A DNA stretch of 64,000 bases, taken from an uncultured Rivularia sp. (lineage in GTDB: Bacteria; Cyanobacteriota; Cyanobacteriia; Cyanobacteriales; Nostocaceae). The translations under genes were made by a program, and so were the position numbers. Positions 11,970 to 21,903 of this stretch are shown in pieces. The notes below the pieces were generated by a model. That model did not search any database. It saw only the letters and a program-made list of their open reading frames with translations, and was not told the origin of the DNA. The DNA lies in the NCBI GenBank assembly GCA_963665115.1, contig OY762007.1, positions 416,001-480,000 on the forward strand. The letters run 5' to 3'. How positions within the stretch are numbered: position 1 is the first letter of the stretch; each line of letters begins with the position of its first letter.

Positions 11970-12830
11970 ATGGCAATTACATCAGCAGCATCTAGGCTGG
12001 GAACAGAAGCCTTTGATGACTTACCAAAAGTTGAATTACGCTCTAACGCTACGAAGGATGATATAGAAGCTGTAATTCGTGCGGTATATCGGCAGCTTTT
12101 GGGAAATGATTATTTAATGGCTGTGGAACGACTCAAAAGTGCGGAGTCACTTTTGCGCGATGGTAACATGACCGTCCGCGAGTTTGTTCGTGCAGTAGCT
12201 AAGTCGGAATTGTATAAGAATAAGTTTTTCTACAACAATTTCCAAACTCGATTTATCGAACTAAATTACAAGCATTTATTAGGTCGCGCTCCTTACGATG
12301 AGTCAGAAGTGAGCTACCACAACGATTTGTATCATAACGAAGGGTACGACGTTGACATAGACTCTTATATTGACTCTATGGAGTACACCGAAAATTTTGG
12401 TGATAATATAGTACCATTTTATCGCGGATTTGCAACTCAATCGGGACAGAAAACTGTCGGTTTTAATCGAATGTTCCGTTTATACCGGGGTTATGCAAAT
12501 AGCGATAACGCTCAGGTAGAAGGAAACAAGTCCCGTTTGGCAAGGGAATTAGGAACCAATAGTTCATCTTCAATTGTGGGACCATCAGGTAGTAACAGTA
12601 ACTGGAACTACCGTGCAACTAACGATGTATCTCCTAGAAGAAATGTAGGTAATGCAGTAGGAGTAGGCGATCGTTCATATCGCATCGAAGTAACAGGTCA
12701 GCTTTTCCCCAAATATCCTAAAACAAGACGCAGCAGTTACGCCATCGTCGTACCTTACGAACGGCTATCAGATAAGATGCAGCAAATTGTTCGTCAAGGC
12801 GGGAAGATTGTTAGCGTAACGCCAGCTTAG
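11970..12830 (+). CDS. cpcC: Phycocyanin-associated rod linker
   Basis: [11 protein letters not shown], linker domain, C-terminal [11 protein letters not shown]. Confidence 0.95.
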   Translation: MAITSAASRLGTEAFDDLPKVELRSNATKDDIEAVIRAVYRQLLGNDYLMAVERLKSAESLLRDGNMTVREFVRAVAKSELYKNKFFYNNFQTRFIELNYKHLLGRAPYDESEVSYHNDLYHNEGYDVDIDSYIDSMEYTENFGDNIVPFYRGFATQSGQKTVGFNRMFRLYRGYANSDNAQVEGNKSRLARELGTNSSSSIVGPSGSNSNWNYRATNDVSPRRNVGNAVGVGDRSYRIEVTGQLFPKYPKTRRSSYAIVVPYERLSDKMQQIVRQGGKIVSVTPA

Positions 12831-13006
12831 GAAGAGGTAGGGAGATGGGGGGACAAGGAGACAGGGAGACAAGGAAATTTTTTTGACGGGGTAGAAAGGG
12901 TAGAGGGGATAGAAATAAAAATCCTAACTCCTAACTCTTTACTCCTCACTCCTAACTCTTTGAATCCAAAATCTAAAATCTAAAATCCTAATGAGGGAGT
13001 AATTCA

Positions 13007-13291
13007 ATGTACGGACAGACAACAGTTGGCACTAATGGAATTTCTAGTGCTAAAAGCCGGATGTTTCGTTATGAAGTTGTAGGTTTACGTCAGAACGAAC
13101 AGACAGATAAAAATAATTATCAAATTCGCCGCAGCGGTAGCGTATTCGTGACGGTACCATACAATCGGATGAACGAGGAAATGCAGCGAATTACCCGTAT
13201 GGGTGGCAAGATTGTCAATATTGAGCAAGTTACTGCTGAATCTGCACTTAAGCCTGATAGCGAATCTAACGTTAAGAAAAAGAAAAAATAG
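13007..13291 (+). CDS. cpcD: Rod-capping linker
   Basis: RMFRYEVVGLRQ...VPYNRMNEEMQRITRMGGKIV. Confidence 0.95.
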   Translation: MYGQTTVGTNGISSAKSRMFRYEVVGLRQNEQTDKNNYQIRRSGSVFVTVPYNRMNEEMQRITRMGGKIVNIEQVTAESALKPDSESNVKKKKK

Positions 13292-13299
13292 TATTGGCG

Positions 13300-14148
13300 A
13301 TGATTAGTGAACCGAGCGCAGAAGAACATTCGGCAGAGAATGCAGCACCGCTAACAAAGCAGCAAGCAATTGTTAATCTGCAATGTTCGGATTTAAGTCT
13401 TCGCTATTATGCTGCTTGGTGGTTGGGTAAGTTTCGCGTCAATAGTCCGGAAGTCGTTGATGCCTTGATTGCAGCCTTAGAAGATAAAGCCGATCGCACT
13501 GAATTGGGAGGCTACCCTCTAAGACGTAATGCTGCAAGAGCGTTAGGTAAATTAAGCGATAACCGAGCCGTACCGGGTTTAATTAAATGCTTGGAATGCT
13601 CGGATTTTTACGTGCGTGAGGCAGCAGCCCAATCTTTAGAAATGCTTGGCGATGCAAGGGCTATTCCTGCGCTATTACAGCTATTAGATGGGGGTGTTGC
13701 AGCAGCCGTAAAAGTACCCGGAAGACCTCACTTAATCCAGCCTTACGAAGCAGTATTAGAAGCTTTAGGAGCAATCGGTGCTACTGTTGACCAAAATACT
13801 ATTGAACTCATTGAACTCATTGAGCCATTTCTCGAACACTCGGTAATTAAAGTGCAGTGCGCCGCCGCTAGAGCAATGTATCAATTAACAAGCAAACCAG
13901 AATATGGAGAGCGTTTGGTACAAGTATTGCAAAACAGCGATTTGAAATTGCGTCGCATGGCATTAAGCGATTTGGGTGCTGTAGGGTATATGGAAGCAGC
14001 AGATAAAATTGCTCGCGCCTCTGTTGAAAACAGCTTTAAGCTTATAGCTCTTAAAGGTTTGCTTGAACATCAACTTCAAGGCGGAGATGTAAACACCCTC
14101 AACGACAACACCATCAAATTAATGCAAATAATGGATTCGCTTTTATAA
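13300..14148 (+). CDS. cpcE: Phycocyanin alpha-subunit lyase CpcE
   Basis: RYYAAWWLGKF, GGYPLRRNAARALGKL; position after cpcD. Confidence 0.93.
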   Translation: MISEPSAEEHSAENAAPLTKQQAIVNLQCSDLSLRYYAAWWLGKFRVNSPEVVDALIAALEDKADRTELGGYPLRRNAARALGKLSDNRAVPGLIKCLECSDFYVREAAAQSLEMLGDARAIPALLQLLDGGVAAAVKVPGRPHLIQPYEAVLEALGAIGATVDQNTIELIELIEPFLEHSVIKVQCAAARAMYQLTSKPEYGERLVQVLQNSDLKLRRMALSDLGAVGYMEAADKIARASVENSFKLIALKGLLEHQLQGGDVNTLNDNTIKLMQIMDSLL

Positions 14149-14181
14149 GTATTAATTGTTAGTGGATAATGGTTAATGAGT

Positions 14182-14206
14182 GTAGAGACGTAGCAATGCT
14201 ACGTCT
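14182..14206 (+). repeat. GTAG-tagged REP-like hairpin (GTAGAGACGTAGCA.TGCTACGTCT family)
   Basis: Other copies at 25687-25711 (reverse), 32010-32034, and a variant at 29951-29975. Confidence 0.7.
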
Positions 14207-14415
14207 TATCCACATTTATTGAAATAACAAAAATTAAAGACGAACAGGGATGCTTATTCCACAAGAAGTAACCCAAAGAAACCCAATTTCTTTTTGTGAA
14301 AACATGAATATTCATTCCCTTGTGCAATCAACAAAAAATCAGGTTTCTAACACTAACTCCTAACTTCCAATTCTTAACAAAAAAAATTTAATCTAAAATC
14401 CAAAATCTAAAATCC

Positions 14416-15036
14416 ATGAACTCCGACACCCAAAACTTAATTCGCGCGATCGCCGATGCTGATTCGTCAGAGGGAATGGTGTCGGCAGTACAGAACCTAG
14501 TTGCCGTAAAAGATGCAGCAGCAATACCTAATTTAATCGCTGTATTTGGATACAACAATCCCGCAGCAGCAGCGATCGCCGTTAAAGGATTGATAGAGTT
14601 AGGAGAAACAGCAGTACCGCAACTGCTCGAACAAATTGATGAATATAACTATGGCGCGAGAGCTTATTCAATTCGCTCCTTAGCAGCAATTGCTCACCCC
14701 GATGCCTTAGAGTTATTGTTAGAAGCTGCTGAAACAGACTTTGCTCCTAGCGTGCGCCGCGCTGCTGCTAAGGGCTTGGGCTGCTTGCAATGGCACAAGC
14801 TGGATGATTCAGAACAGGCTACCGCCACTAGAAAAGCACTTTCTACCCTGCTCTCAATTACTCAAGATGCAGACTGGGCTATTCGTTACGCTGCTGTTGT
14901 TGGTTTACAGGAATTAGCAAAAATTCCTAGTTTACACTCAGAAATTGAAGAGAGATTTTCCCTAATGCGTGCAAACGATGCTGAAGCAGCCGTTCGCGCT
15001 CGCGTAGCGCTAGCTCATCAAACACTTGCCAGTTAA
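14416..15036 (+). CDS. cpcF: Phycocyanin alpha-subunit lyase CpcF
   Basis: GYNNPAAA, YNYGARAYSIR, DFAPSVRRAAAKGLG. Confidence 0.93.
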   Translation: MNSDTQNLIRAIADADSSEGMVSAVQNLVAVKDAAAIPNLIAVFGYNNPAAAAIAVKGLIELGETAVPQLLEQIDEYNYGARAYSIRSLAAIAHPDALELLLEAAETDFAPSVRRAAAKGLGCLQWHKLDDSEQATATRKALSTLLSITQDADWAIRYAAVVGLQELAKIPSLHSEIEERFSLMRANDAEAAVRARVALAHQTLAS

Positions 15037-15148
15037 TAAAAAGCGCCTTTTTTTGGAAATTGGGGAGATTCCGAGGCTTAAAATACTATATTTTTTCATT
15101 AAGAAACACGTAATTATTACAAATGTTCAACTACATAAAATAACACTT

Positions 15149-15991
15149 ATGTCAATACCCGTACTTGAATATAGACCCAGTTCTCAAAACCAGCGTGTCG
15201 AAGGCTACGAAGTGCCTAGCGAAGACACGCCAGTAATGTATAGATTGCGTGACGCTACTTCAGATCAAGACATCGATCAAATTATCTGGGCGGGCTATCG
15301 TCAAATCTTCAGCGAACATTTGATATTGGAAACATATCGGCAACCTTACTTAGAATCGCAAATGCGAAATCGGGCGATTAACGTCAGCGATTTTATCCGA
15401 GGCTTAGGAAAAACCAGTGTTTACTGGGAAGAAGTGGCAGAAACAAATTCTAACTATCGCTTAGTTGATATCAGCTTCAAGCGATTTTTAGGGCGTGCTA
15501 CCTATAACAAAAAAGAGCAAATCGCTTGGTCAATTATTATTGCCACCAAAGGCTTGCATGGATTTATTGACGCTTTGATAGACAGCGACGAATACCGTGA
15601 GAACTTCGGTAACGACATCGTACCCTACCAACGCCGTCGCTACGAAGGCAGACCTTTCAACTTAGTAAATCCCCGTTACGGTGCAGACTTCCGCAACCGT
15701 TTGTCCATGCGGAATTACGGAGGTGCTTCTTACTATACCGCGCGTACTTCTGGAGGATACGCAACCGGAGACGAAATTCGCAAAGTCATTCCCAGCAACT
15801 TTATGGCAATGGCTGGTAGCGTAGCAACCGACGAACGGAACTATCAAAGAACAATTGCCACAGTAACTTCTCAAGTGAGAAACATGGAGATTCCCGACAT
15901 GACACGCGAATCTACCACACCTCAAGTCAGCATCAAGCCTGTAGAAGTTGCTTTACCTTATCGCTACGTACCTGGAAGGAAGACTACGTAA
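15149..15991 (+). CDS. cpcG1: Rod-core linker CpcG1
   Basis: MSIPVLEYRPSSQNQRV from ATG 15149; C-terminus VALPYRYVPGRKTT like Anabaena CpcG1. Confidence 0.9.
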   Translation: MSIPVLEYRPSSQNQRVEGYEVPSEDTPVMYRLRDATSDQDIDQIIWAGYRQIFSEHLILETYRQPYLESQMRNRAINVSDFIRGLGKTSVYWEEVAETNSNYRLVDISFKRFLGRATYNKKEQIAWSIIIATKGLHGFIDALIDSDEYRENFGNDIVPYQRRRYEGRPFNLVNPRYGADFRNRLSMRNYGGASYYTARTSGGYATGDEIRKVIPSNFMAMAGSVATDERNYQRTIATVTSQVRNMEIPDMTRESTTPQVSIKPVEVALPYRYVPGRKTT

Positions 15992-16144
15992 GAGAGATGG
16001 GGAGAAATTTTTAGAGTAGTGAGTAAAGAGTAGTGAGTAAAAAGTTTAATTTACCAGCTACTTGCAACTCATAACTCATAACTCTCTACTCATTCTTAAC
16101 TCCTAACTCCTAACCTTTGACCTTTAACCTATTCTTAGATAATC

Positions 16145-16885
16145 ATGTCAATCCCACTATTGCAATACAAACCCAGTTCTCAAAACCAGCGCGTTGATGG
16201 TTATGAGGTTTCGGGCGAGGATACACCAAAAATTTATCGGTTGGAAGATTCTCCTACCTATAGCGATATTCAGCAATTAATTTGGGCGGGATATCGTCAA
16301 GTATTCAGCGAACACGAAATACTCAAGTTCTACCGCCAAGAAAATCTCGAATCTCAGTTGAAAAATCGGGCGATTACCACACGCGATTTTATTAGAGGTT
16401 TGGCAAAATCTGAACCATTTCGACGCTTGGTAGTTGAGACAAATAATAACTATCGCGTTGTCGAAATCTGTCTCAAACGTCTTTTAGGACGTGCCCCTTA
16501 TAATAAAGAGGAAGAAATTGCTTGGTCAATTAAGATTGCTACTTTAGGTTGGGGCAACTTTGTTGATGCTTTGATTGATTCGGAAGAATATTTGACTAAT
16601 TTTGGAGAAAATACGATTCCCTATCAACGTCGCCGTTACAAAGGTAGACCATTTAACCTAGTAACTCCTCGCTACGCCGACTATTGGCGGGATAAACAAG
16701 AAGAAAGTCGCTACAAATGGGGAGATATCAATAATTTCATGGATATGGCAAGTTCGGCTTCTATTAAAACAGTTAAGCCTCAGTCAATTAGCACCGCCAA
16801 TATCGAAATTCCCGACATGACAAAAGAAAGCAAACCAGAAGGAATTCCGGTTTCTATCAGTACTACGGCGAGTTTTCCCTTGTAA
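16145..16885 (+). CDS. cpcG2: Rod-core linker CpcG2
   Basis: 246 aa; C-terminus GIPVSISTTASFPL like CpcG2. Confidence 0.88.
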   Translation: MSIPLLQYKPSSQNQRVDGYEVSGEDTPKIYRLEDSPTYSDIQQLIWAGYRQVFSEHEILKFYRQENLESQLKNRAITTRDFIRGLAKSEPFRRLVVETNNNYRVVEICLKRLLGRAPYNKEEEIAWSIKIATLGWGNFVDALIDSEEYLTNFGENTIPYQRRRYKGRPFNLVTPRYADYWRDKQEESRYKWGDINNFMDMASSASIKTVKPQSISTANIEIPDMTKESKPEGIPVSISTTASFPL

Positions 16886-16970
16886 TAATTACTTAATTGT
16901 GACCTGAATAAGGGAAAATAAGTAATAAGACTTGATTCGATCGTTTAATAAAATTAGAGGATAATTGCAG

Positions 16971-17729
16971 ATGGCATTGCCATTACTTCAATACAAACCC
17001 ACAACTCAAAACCAAAGAGTTGAAAGCTTTGGTAAAGCTGACAGAAGCGAAGATACACCGTATATCTATCGTTTAGAAGACGTAGGTTCCTACACCGATA
17101 TTCAAAACATCATTTGGGCTGGATATCGTCAAGTTTTCAGCGAACATGAAATTCTCAGCTTTAACCGACAAAAGAATTTGGAATCTCAGTTGAAAAACGG
17201 TTCCATTACAGTACGCGACTTTATTCGTGGTTTAGCCCAGTCTGAAGCTTTTTACCGCATAGTTGTCGAAGTTAACAACAACTATCGCTTAGTAGATATC
17301 TGTCTCAGACGTTTGTTAGGTCGTAAAGCTTATAACAAAGACGAACAAATTGCTTGGTCAATCAAAATTGCGACTCTAGGCTTTAGCGGTTTTGTTAATG
17401 CCTTGGTGGATAGTGAAGAGTACACTGATAATTTCGGCGATACCATCGTACCTTACCAGCGCAAACGCATGGAAGGTCGTCCTTTCAACTTGGTAACTCC
17501 TCGTTACGACGAAGACTTCCGAGAAACCGCTGGAACCGTCAAAACCGACTGGCGCTTTACCTTGGATAAATTCTACTCCGAGAAAGCTAAAAACCAGCGA
17601 CTATCCGAAGGCGACCCTCGTAAATATGCTGACATGGCAGCCACTGTTAGCAATAAAGGTAACTACGCTCAAACCATTAAGGCTTCCAGCTTAGATTACT
17701 TAAACTTAGTACCTTCTCGTACTCGTTAA
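16971..17729 (+). CDS. cpcG4: Rod-core linker CpcG4-type
   Basis: [33 protein letters not shown]; hydrophilic C-terminus, so not CpcL. Confidence 0.85.
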   Translation: MALPLLQYKPTTQNQRVESFGKADRSEDTPYIYRLEDVGSYTDIQNIIWAGYRQVFSEHEILSFNRQKNLESQLKNGSITVRDFIRGLAQSEAFYRIVVEVNNNYRLVDICLRRLLGRKAYNKDEQIAWSIKIATLGFSGFVNALVDSEEYTDNFGDTIVPYQRKRMEGRPFNLVTPRYDEDFRETAGTVKTDWRFTLDKFYSEKAKNQRLSEGDPRKYADMAATVSNKGNYAQTIKASSLDYLNLVPSRTR

Positions 17730-17780
17730 GACAACAAAGGCTTCTGAGTTTTCAATTTTCAAAAATAAATAACACCTTTA

Positions 17781-17876
17781 TACTGGGTTTAATTTTTGTT
17801 TTAATACAGCAGTTATTTAGTAATTTTTTGTTAAATAGCTGTTGCATTAAGTAGAAATTAAGCCCAGTAGTTTTTT
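17781..17876 (+). terminator. Long imperfect hairpin ending the cpc operon
   Basis: tactgggtttaattt ... aaattaagcccagta followed by a T-run. Confidence 0.6.
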
Positions 17877-17986
17877 CAATGAACAATTATCAATTATCAA
17901 TAATTTTAGGGTGTGCTACGGCACAACTATTTTTATTTGAGGTAATAATATTTGTGTCGTAACGCATCATAACGCTGTGTAGATAA

Positions 17987-18304
17987 TCAAAGTTTTTCTG
18001 GATAAAAAATAAAAAGAGTGCAGCCTGTTTTTGACTGAGGAACATGACTCGAACCTATCGGGTGATGAATAAATGTGCCTTCCGAGTAATCACGAATGCC
18101 ATCATTGAATACTCCATTCATTACAAAGACTTCTTCTGAGTTGTCTTGATGAAAATCAACTCCTTCCCACTGAGCGCCAGGTTCAATTTCAACGATAACT
18201 GCCTGCGCTCCCGCTTTACCCTGCCAGAGTTGACGCACGCGAATCCCCTTAAAAACTTCTTGAGCGGGACTATCTTTCCTATTTGACCAAACAATTGCGT
18301 TCAT
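17987..18304 (-). CDS. ChrR-like cupin protein
   Basis: H...EEVFVMNGVFNDG...G.FIHHPIGSSHVP.S..GC. Confidence 0.8.
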   Translation of the reverse strand: MNAIVWSNRKDSPAQEVFKGIRVRQLWQGKAGAQAVIVEIEPGAQWEGVDFHQDNSEEVFVMNGVFNDGIRDYSEGTFIHHPIGSSHVPQSKTGCTLFIFYPEKL

Positions 18305-18331
18305 TAAAATACTTTCCTATCGGCTTTTATT

Positions 18332-18460
18332 TAAGTAGGTGAACAAAAATATTTACCGTCATTATTCGCTGCGCGAAGTAATCCCAACCCTTGCGATTGC
18401 TTCGTTTCACTCCGTTCAACTCGCAATGACAATGTGTAATTAATTTTGTTTAATTACTTA
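18332..18460. mobile_element. MITE-like element enclosing a CGTC-type palindrome
   Basis: Terminal inverted repeats taagtaggtgaacaaaaat / attttgtttaattactta; internal cgtcatt...gaagtaatc...gattgcttcg...ctcgcaatgac. Confidence 0.55.
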
Positions 18461-18541
18461 TTTAGAGCTTAAGCTGCTACCATTTATTTGTCAAAATGAA
18501 TTAACTGAATCCTTTATTCATTTTTACTGATAACATCAATT

Positions 18542-19444
18542 ATGGAATTCCGTCACCTGCAAACATTTCAAGCGATTATCAAAGAGGGTAGCTTTTTGAA
18601 AGCTGCCGAGAAACTTCAGTACGCACAATCCACAATTACACTGCATATTCAACAGCTAGAAGCGGAGTTAGGAGTGAAACTGTTCTCTCGTCATGGAAAA
18701 CGTATAGACTTAACTGTTGCTGGTAGAACACTTCAGGTAAACGCCGATCAATTACTTTATCGAGCGGCTAAGTTGCAACAGACTATGGCTGAGCTAGTAT
18801 CGGGTGAAGCTGGATATTTAAGAATTGGATCGATTGAACCTGTTGCGAGCGTGTATTTGCCTTCGATATTGGTACAGTTTTGTCGCGAGTATCCTAAAGT
18901 TCGTCTGACATTAGAAGTAGGTGTTACTCAAGTTGTTAGTCAACGTGTAGCTAGTGGAGTTCTTGATTTAGCAATTTGTTCTCCTCCATCTGCGAATTTA
19001 GGCTTACCTTTTGAATTACTATTTCAAGATCCGATTGCATTATTAATTCCAGAAAACCATCCACTTGCTGCTAGCAAGAATATTTCACTATCTTCTTTAG
19101 CTCAAGAGCGGTTAATTCTTACTGAGGAACACTGTCCTTATCGCAACATTTTAGAGAAAGCCTTGCTTCCTCATGGGATTAATCCCTTTTCAGGCATTGA
19201 AATCGTCAGCTTGGAAGCACTCAAACAAATGGTAATATATGGACTAGGAATTGGCGTAATGCCTGCTGCCGCAATTTCTCCAACTCCATCAGGTACAATT
19301 ACTCAGACAATTTCAGGACTAGACTTAAAATTACCAGTTGGCATTGTGATTCATCCAGAGAATAGATTACCTGGTTCGGTTCTACATTCGCTCTTCTCGG
19401 CTTTAATCAATGGATTGAAAGAACCTTACTTGAATAAGACTTAA
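18542..19444 (+). CDS. LysR-family transcriptional regulator
   Basis: SFLKAAEKLQYAQSTITLHIQQLEAELGVKLF; divergent from the cupin gene. Confidence 0.92.
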   Translation: MEFRHLQTFQAIIKEGSFLKAAEKLQYAQSTITLHIQQLEAELGVKLFSRHGKRIDLTVAGRTLQVNADQLLYRAAKLQQTMAELVSGEAGYLRIGSIEPVASVYLPSILVQFCREYPKVRLTLEVGVTQVVSQRVASGVLDLAICSPPSANLGLPFELLFQDPIALLIPENHPLAASKNISLSSLAQERLILTEEHCPYRNILEKALLPHGINPFSGIEIVSLEALKQMVIYGLGIGVMPAAAISPTPSGTITQTISGLDLKLPVGIVIHPENRLPGSVLHSLFSALINGLKEPYLNKT

Positions 19445-19531
19445 GAATAGTCTTCAAATTACTGTATCTAGCAACACGTCTAATTTGATTTAATTACAGC
19501 TATTCAAACTAACCTAATATTATTCAATAAA

Positions 19532-20149
19532 ATGTCTACCATCGAAATCACTCGTTTAAATACGAAAGATACAGAAAATGTTGTTGAAATCTTTTTAACT
19601 ACCTTTGAGAATTACCCACTTATGGAATTTTTCTTTGGCGATAAATATAAGCAATCGATGAAATATCTGATAGAATCGATGTGCGATGAAACATCTATAG
19701 CTGACAACTTTCTTTTGGGTGGTTTTGTGGAAGGAAAATTACAAGGGGTTGCTTTTATAACACCTCCACAAAAGCCGAAGAATAATCAAGAGATGGAAAG
19801 CATAACATCAGATTCAGAAGAAGAATTCGCAAAAGCAATTGGAGAAGAAGCTCTGATGCGAATAGAAGCATACTCTAATCTTAAAAAGGCAAATAAACCA
19901 TCTTCTCCTCATTTCTACATCAATGCTCTCGGTGTACATCCGCAAAGTCAAGGAAAAGGGATTGGTAAAGCAATTCTTTCACAAGTGCATGAGATGTCAG
20001 AGCAAGATTATGATTCTCAAGGGGTTGCTCTCGATACTCAAACACTAGAAAATGTAGGCTATTACCAACGTTTTGGTTATGATGTTTCTACCACAGCAGA
20101 ATTAGAAAACGTAAAAAATTGGTTTATGCTTAGACGCAATTTGAAATGA
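19532..20149 (+). CDS. GNAT N-acetyltransferase
   Basis: LGVHPQSQGKGIG acetyl-CoA motif; NVGYYQRFG. Confidence 0.85.
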   Translation: MSTIEITRLNTKDTENVVEIFLTTFENYPLMEFFFGDKYKQSMKYLIESMCDETSIADNFLLGGFVEGKLQGVAFITPPQKPKNNQEMESITSDSEEEFAKAIGEEALMRIEAYSNLKKANKPSSPHFYINALGVHPQSQGKGIGKAILSQVHEMSEQDYDSQGVALDTQTLENVGYYQRFGYDVSTTAELENVKNWFMLRRNLK

Positions 20150-20169
20150 TTAATAAATTCATGTTAGCA

Positions 20170-20227
20170 GGTTTCTAGTAGCGCTTCAGCCCCTCCGATA
20201 AGATGCGCTGAAGCGCTACTACGAACC
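20170..20227. repeat. REPIN-like inverted pair (GTTCGTAGTAGCGC family)
   Basis: ggtttctagtagcgcttcagc...gcgctgaagcgctactacgaacc; relatives at 34304, 53917, 55365, 59253, 63913. Confidence 0.7.
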
Positions 20228-20252
20228 ATCATTTATATATATAAAGTCATAT

Positions 20253-20963
20253 ATGTCCAACTCATACCAAATTACAGACAAATTATTTCAGAATTGGCAT
20301 GAATTACTGCAAAATTTCGATATTAATCAAACTGCTGCGGAAAAAACTTTTACTCAAATAGTTGCAGCTTACTCTACTCCAAATCGCTACTATCACAATT
20401 TAGAACACATTCATCAGGTTTTAGAAGTAATTCAAACCTTAGCATCTCAAAATGAAGATTTGGAAACCAAAACCGTTCAACTTGCTGCTTGGTTTCATGA
20501 CATAGTTTACGACAGCAAAGCAAAAGATAACGAAGAAAAGAGCGCTGAATATGCTGATGAAGTTCTTTTATCGCTATCAATTCCGTCTGGCGTTATTAAC
20601 AACGTTAAAAGTCTAATTTTAACCACTAAAAATCATCAACCTTTAAAAGGCGTTAAGCGAATCTCTACCGCAGGCGATCGCCGAAACCCCATCCTTACGG
20701 ATGAACGCCATTCCCAAATATTACTTGATGCAGATTTAGCAATTCTGAGCAGCAACCCGAATGAATACAGTAATTATACTCATGCAATTCGTCAAGAATA
20801 TATTTGGGTACCGGAAGTAGAATATATTGCAGCTAGAAAACAAATATTACAAAATTTTTTACAGCGGGAAAATATTTACTTTACCGAATTAATGCAGCAG
20901 ACGAAAGAGGAAATTGCTCGAACTAATTTGGAATCAGAAATAAGGTTAAATGTTAAAGGTTAA
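20253..20963 (+). CDS. HD-superfamily metal-dependent phosphohydrolase
   Basis: RYYHNLEH, AAWFHDIVYD, DNEEKSA, LLDADLAIL. Confidence 0.85.
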   Translation: MSNSYQITDKLFQNWHELLQNFDINQTAAEKTFTQIVAAYSTPNRYYHNLEHIHQVLEVIQTLASQNEDLETKTVQLAAWFHDIVYDSKAKDNEEKSAEYADEVLLSLSIPSGVINNVKSLILTTKNHQPLKGVKRISTAGDRRNPILTDERHSQILLDADLAILSSNPNEYSNYTHAIRQEYIWVPEVEYIAARKQILQNFLQRENIYFTELMQQTKEEIARTNLESEIRLNVKG

Positions 20964-20977
20964 AGGTTAAATAACTC

Positions 20978-21595
20978 CTAACTCCTAATTCCTAACAATA
21001 AATCTGTCAAAGTATCTGTGATGCGATGACTTTCCATTGGCAAAATATCCGCACCGTGCATCATTTTTTGAGTCATTACGAAGTGAACTAATGAACCAAC
21101 AATAATTCTTGCCGTTGCTTCTGGATCTGATATATCAAGCTCGGTACGAGATGCTAAGTAATGGTGAAGAGTATCTACAGCAGGTTTGACTAAACTTGCA
21201 ACGAAAAATTGACCTATTTCGGGAAAACGCCCGGATTCTCCAATTAATACCCGCATAAACGCTATATATTCATCATCTTGGAGCATCTCGTTCAATACTT
21301 TGACTGCTAACTCATGCAGTACTTTTTTTGGCTCTCCAACTAAATTCTCCGTTCCAAAAACCGATTGAAATCTTTCTTTTGCTAATCTTTCTACTAATGC
21401 CTTGAAAAGCCCTTGTTTATCTTGAAAGTAACTGTAAACAGTTGCTTTAGAAACACCTCCCGACGCTGCAACTCTATCCATGCTCGTACCAGCATAGCCA
21501 TGCACCAAAAATTCCTGCATCGCTCCTTGCAGGATTTGCTCTACTTTGTCTTTTGAATTTTCGGTTTGAGTTTCGCCGAGTTTTAATAGTTTCAT
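20978..21595 (-). CDS. TetR-family regulator
   Basis: GYAGTSMDRVAASGGVSKATVYSYFQDK. Confidence 0.92.
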   Translation of the reverse strand: MKLLKLGETQTENSKDKVEQILQGAMQEFLVHGYAGTSMDRVAASGGVSKATVYSYFQDKQGLFKALVERLAKERFQSVFGTENLVGEPKKVLHELAVKVLNEMLQDDEYIAFMRVLIGESGRFPEIGQFFVASLVKPAVDTLHHYLASRTELDISDPEATARIIVGSLVHFVMTQKMMHGADILPMESHRITDTLTDLLLGIRS

Positions 21596-21828
21596 GTTGA
21601 CGTTGACTTATTTTTAGTTTTAATTGAGCAATTTTATCGAGATGAAGTAAAACACGTGAAAAACCATACAAATGGGGATACTCTTATCTCAGACATTTTC
21701 CCGATTTCTTTACTCTATTTACTAAAAATAAGTGTATTTTCCGAGTAAAATTGGATTATTTTTGCAGCAAAAACCGAGGAATCTGTCAATATAGCTCAGT
21801 CGTGCATCCGTAAAATCTACAATCGGCA

Positions 21829-21864
21829 AAACTAAACTAGTCGGTTTAGTTTAATTGTATTATA
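21829..21864 (+). promoter_or_regulatory. Palindromic putative TetR operator next to an extended -10 of the exporter operon
   Basis: aaactaaac-tagtcg-gtttagttt (perfect 9-bp arms), then tgtattat. Confidence 0.6.
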
Positions 21865-21903
21865 AGTAAGAAATAATAAAAATTCAGTATTTCTTGGGAT
21901 GCC

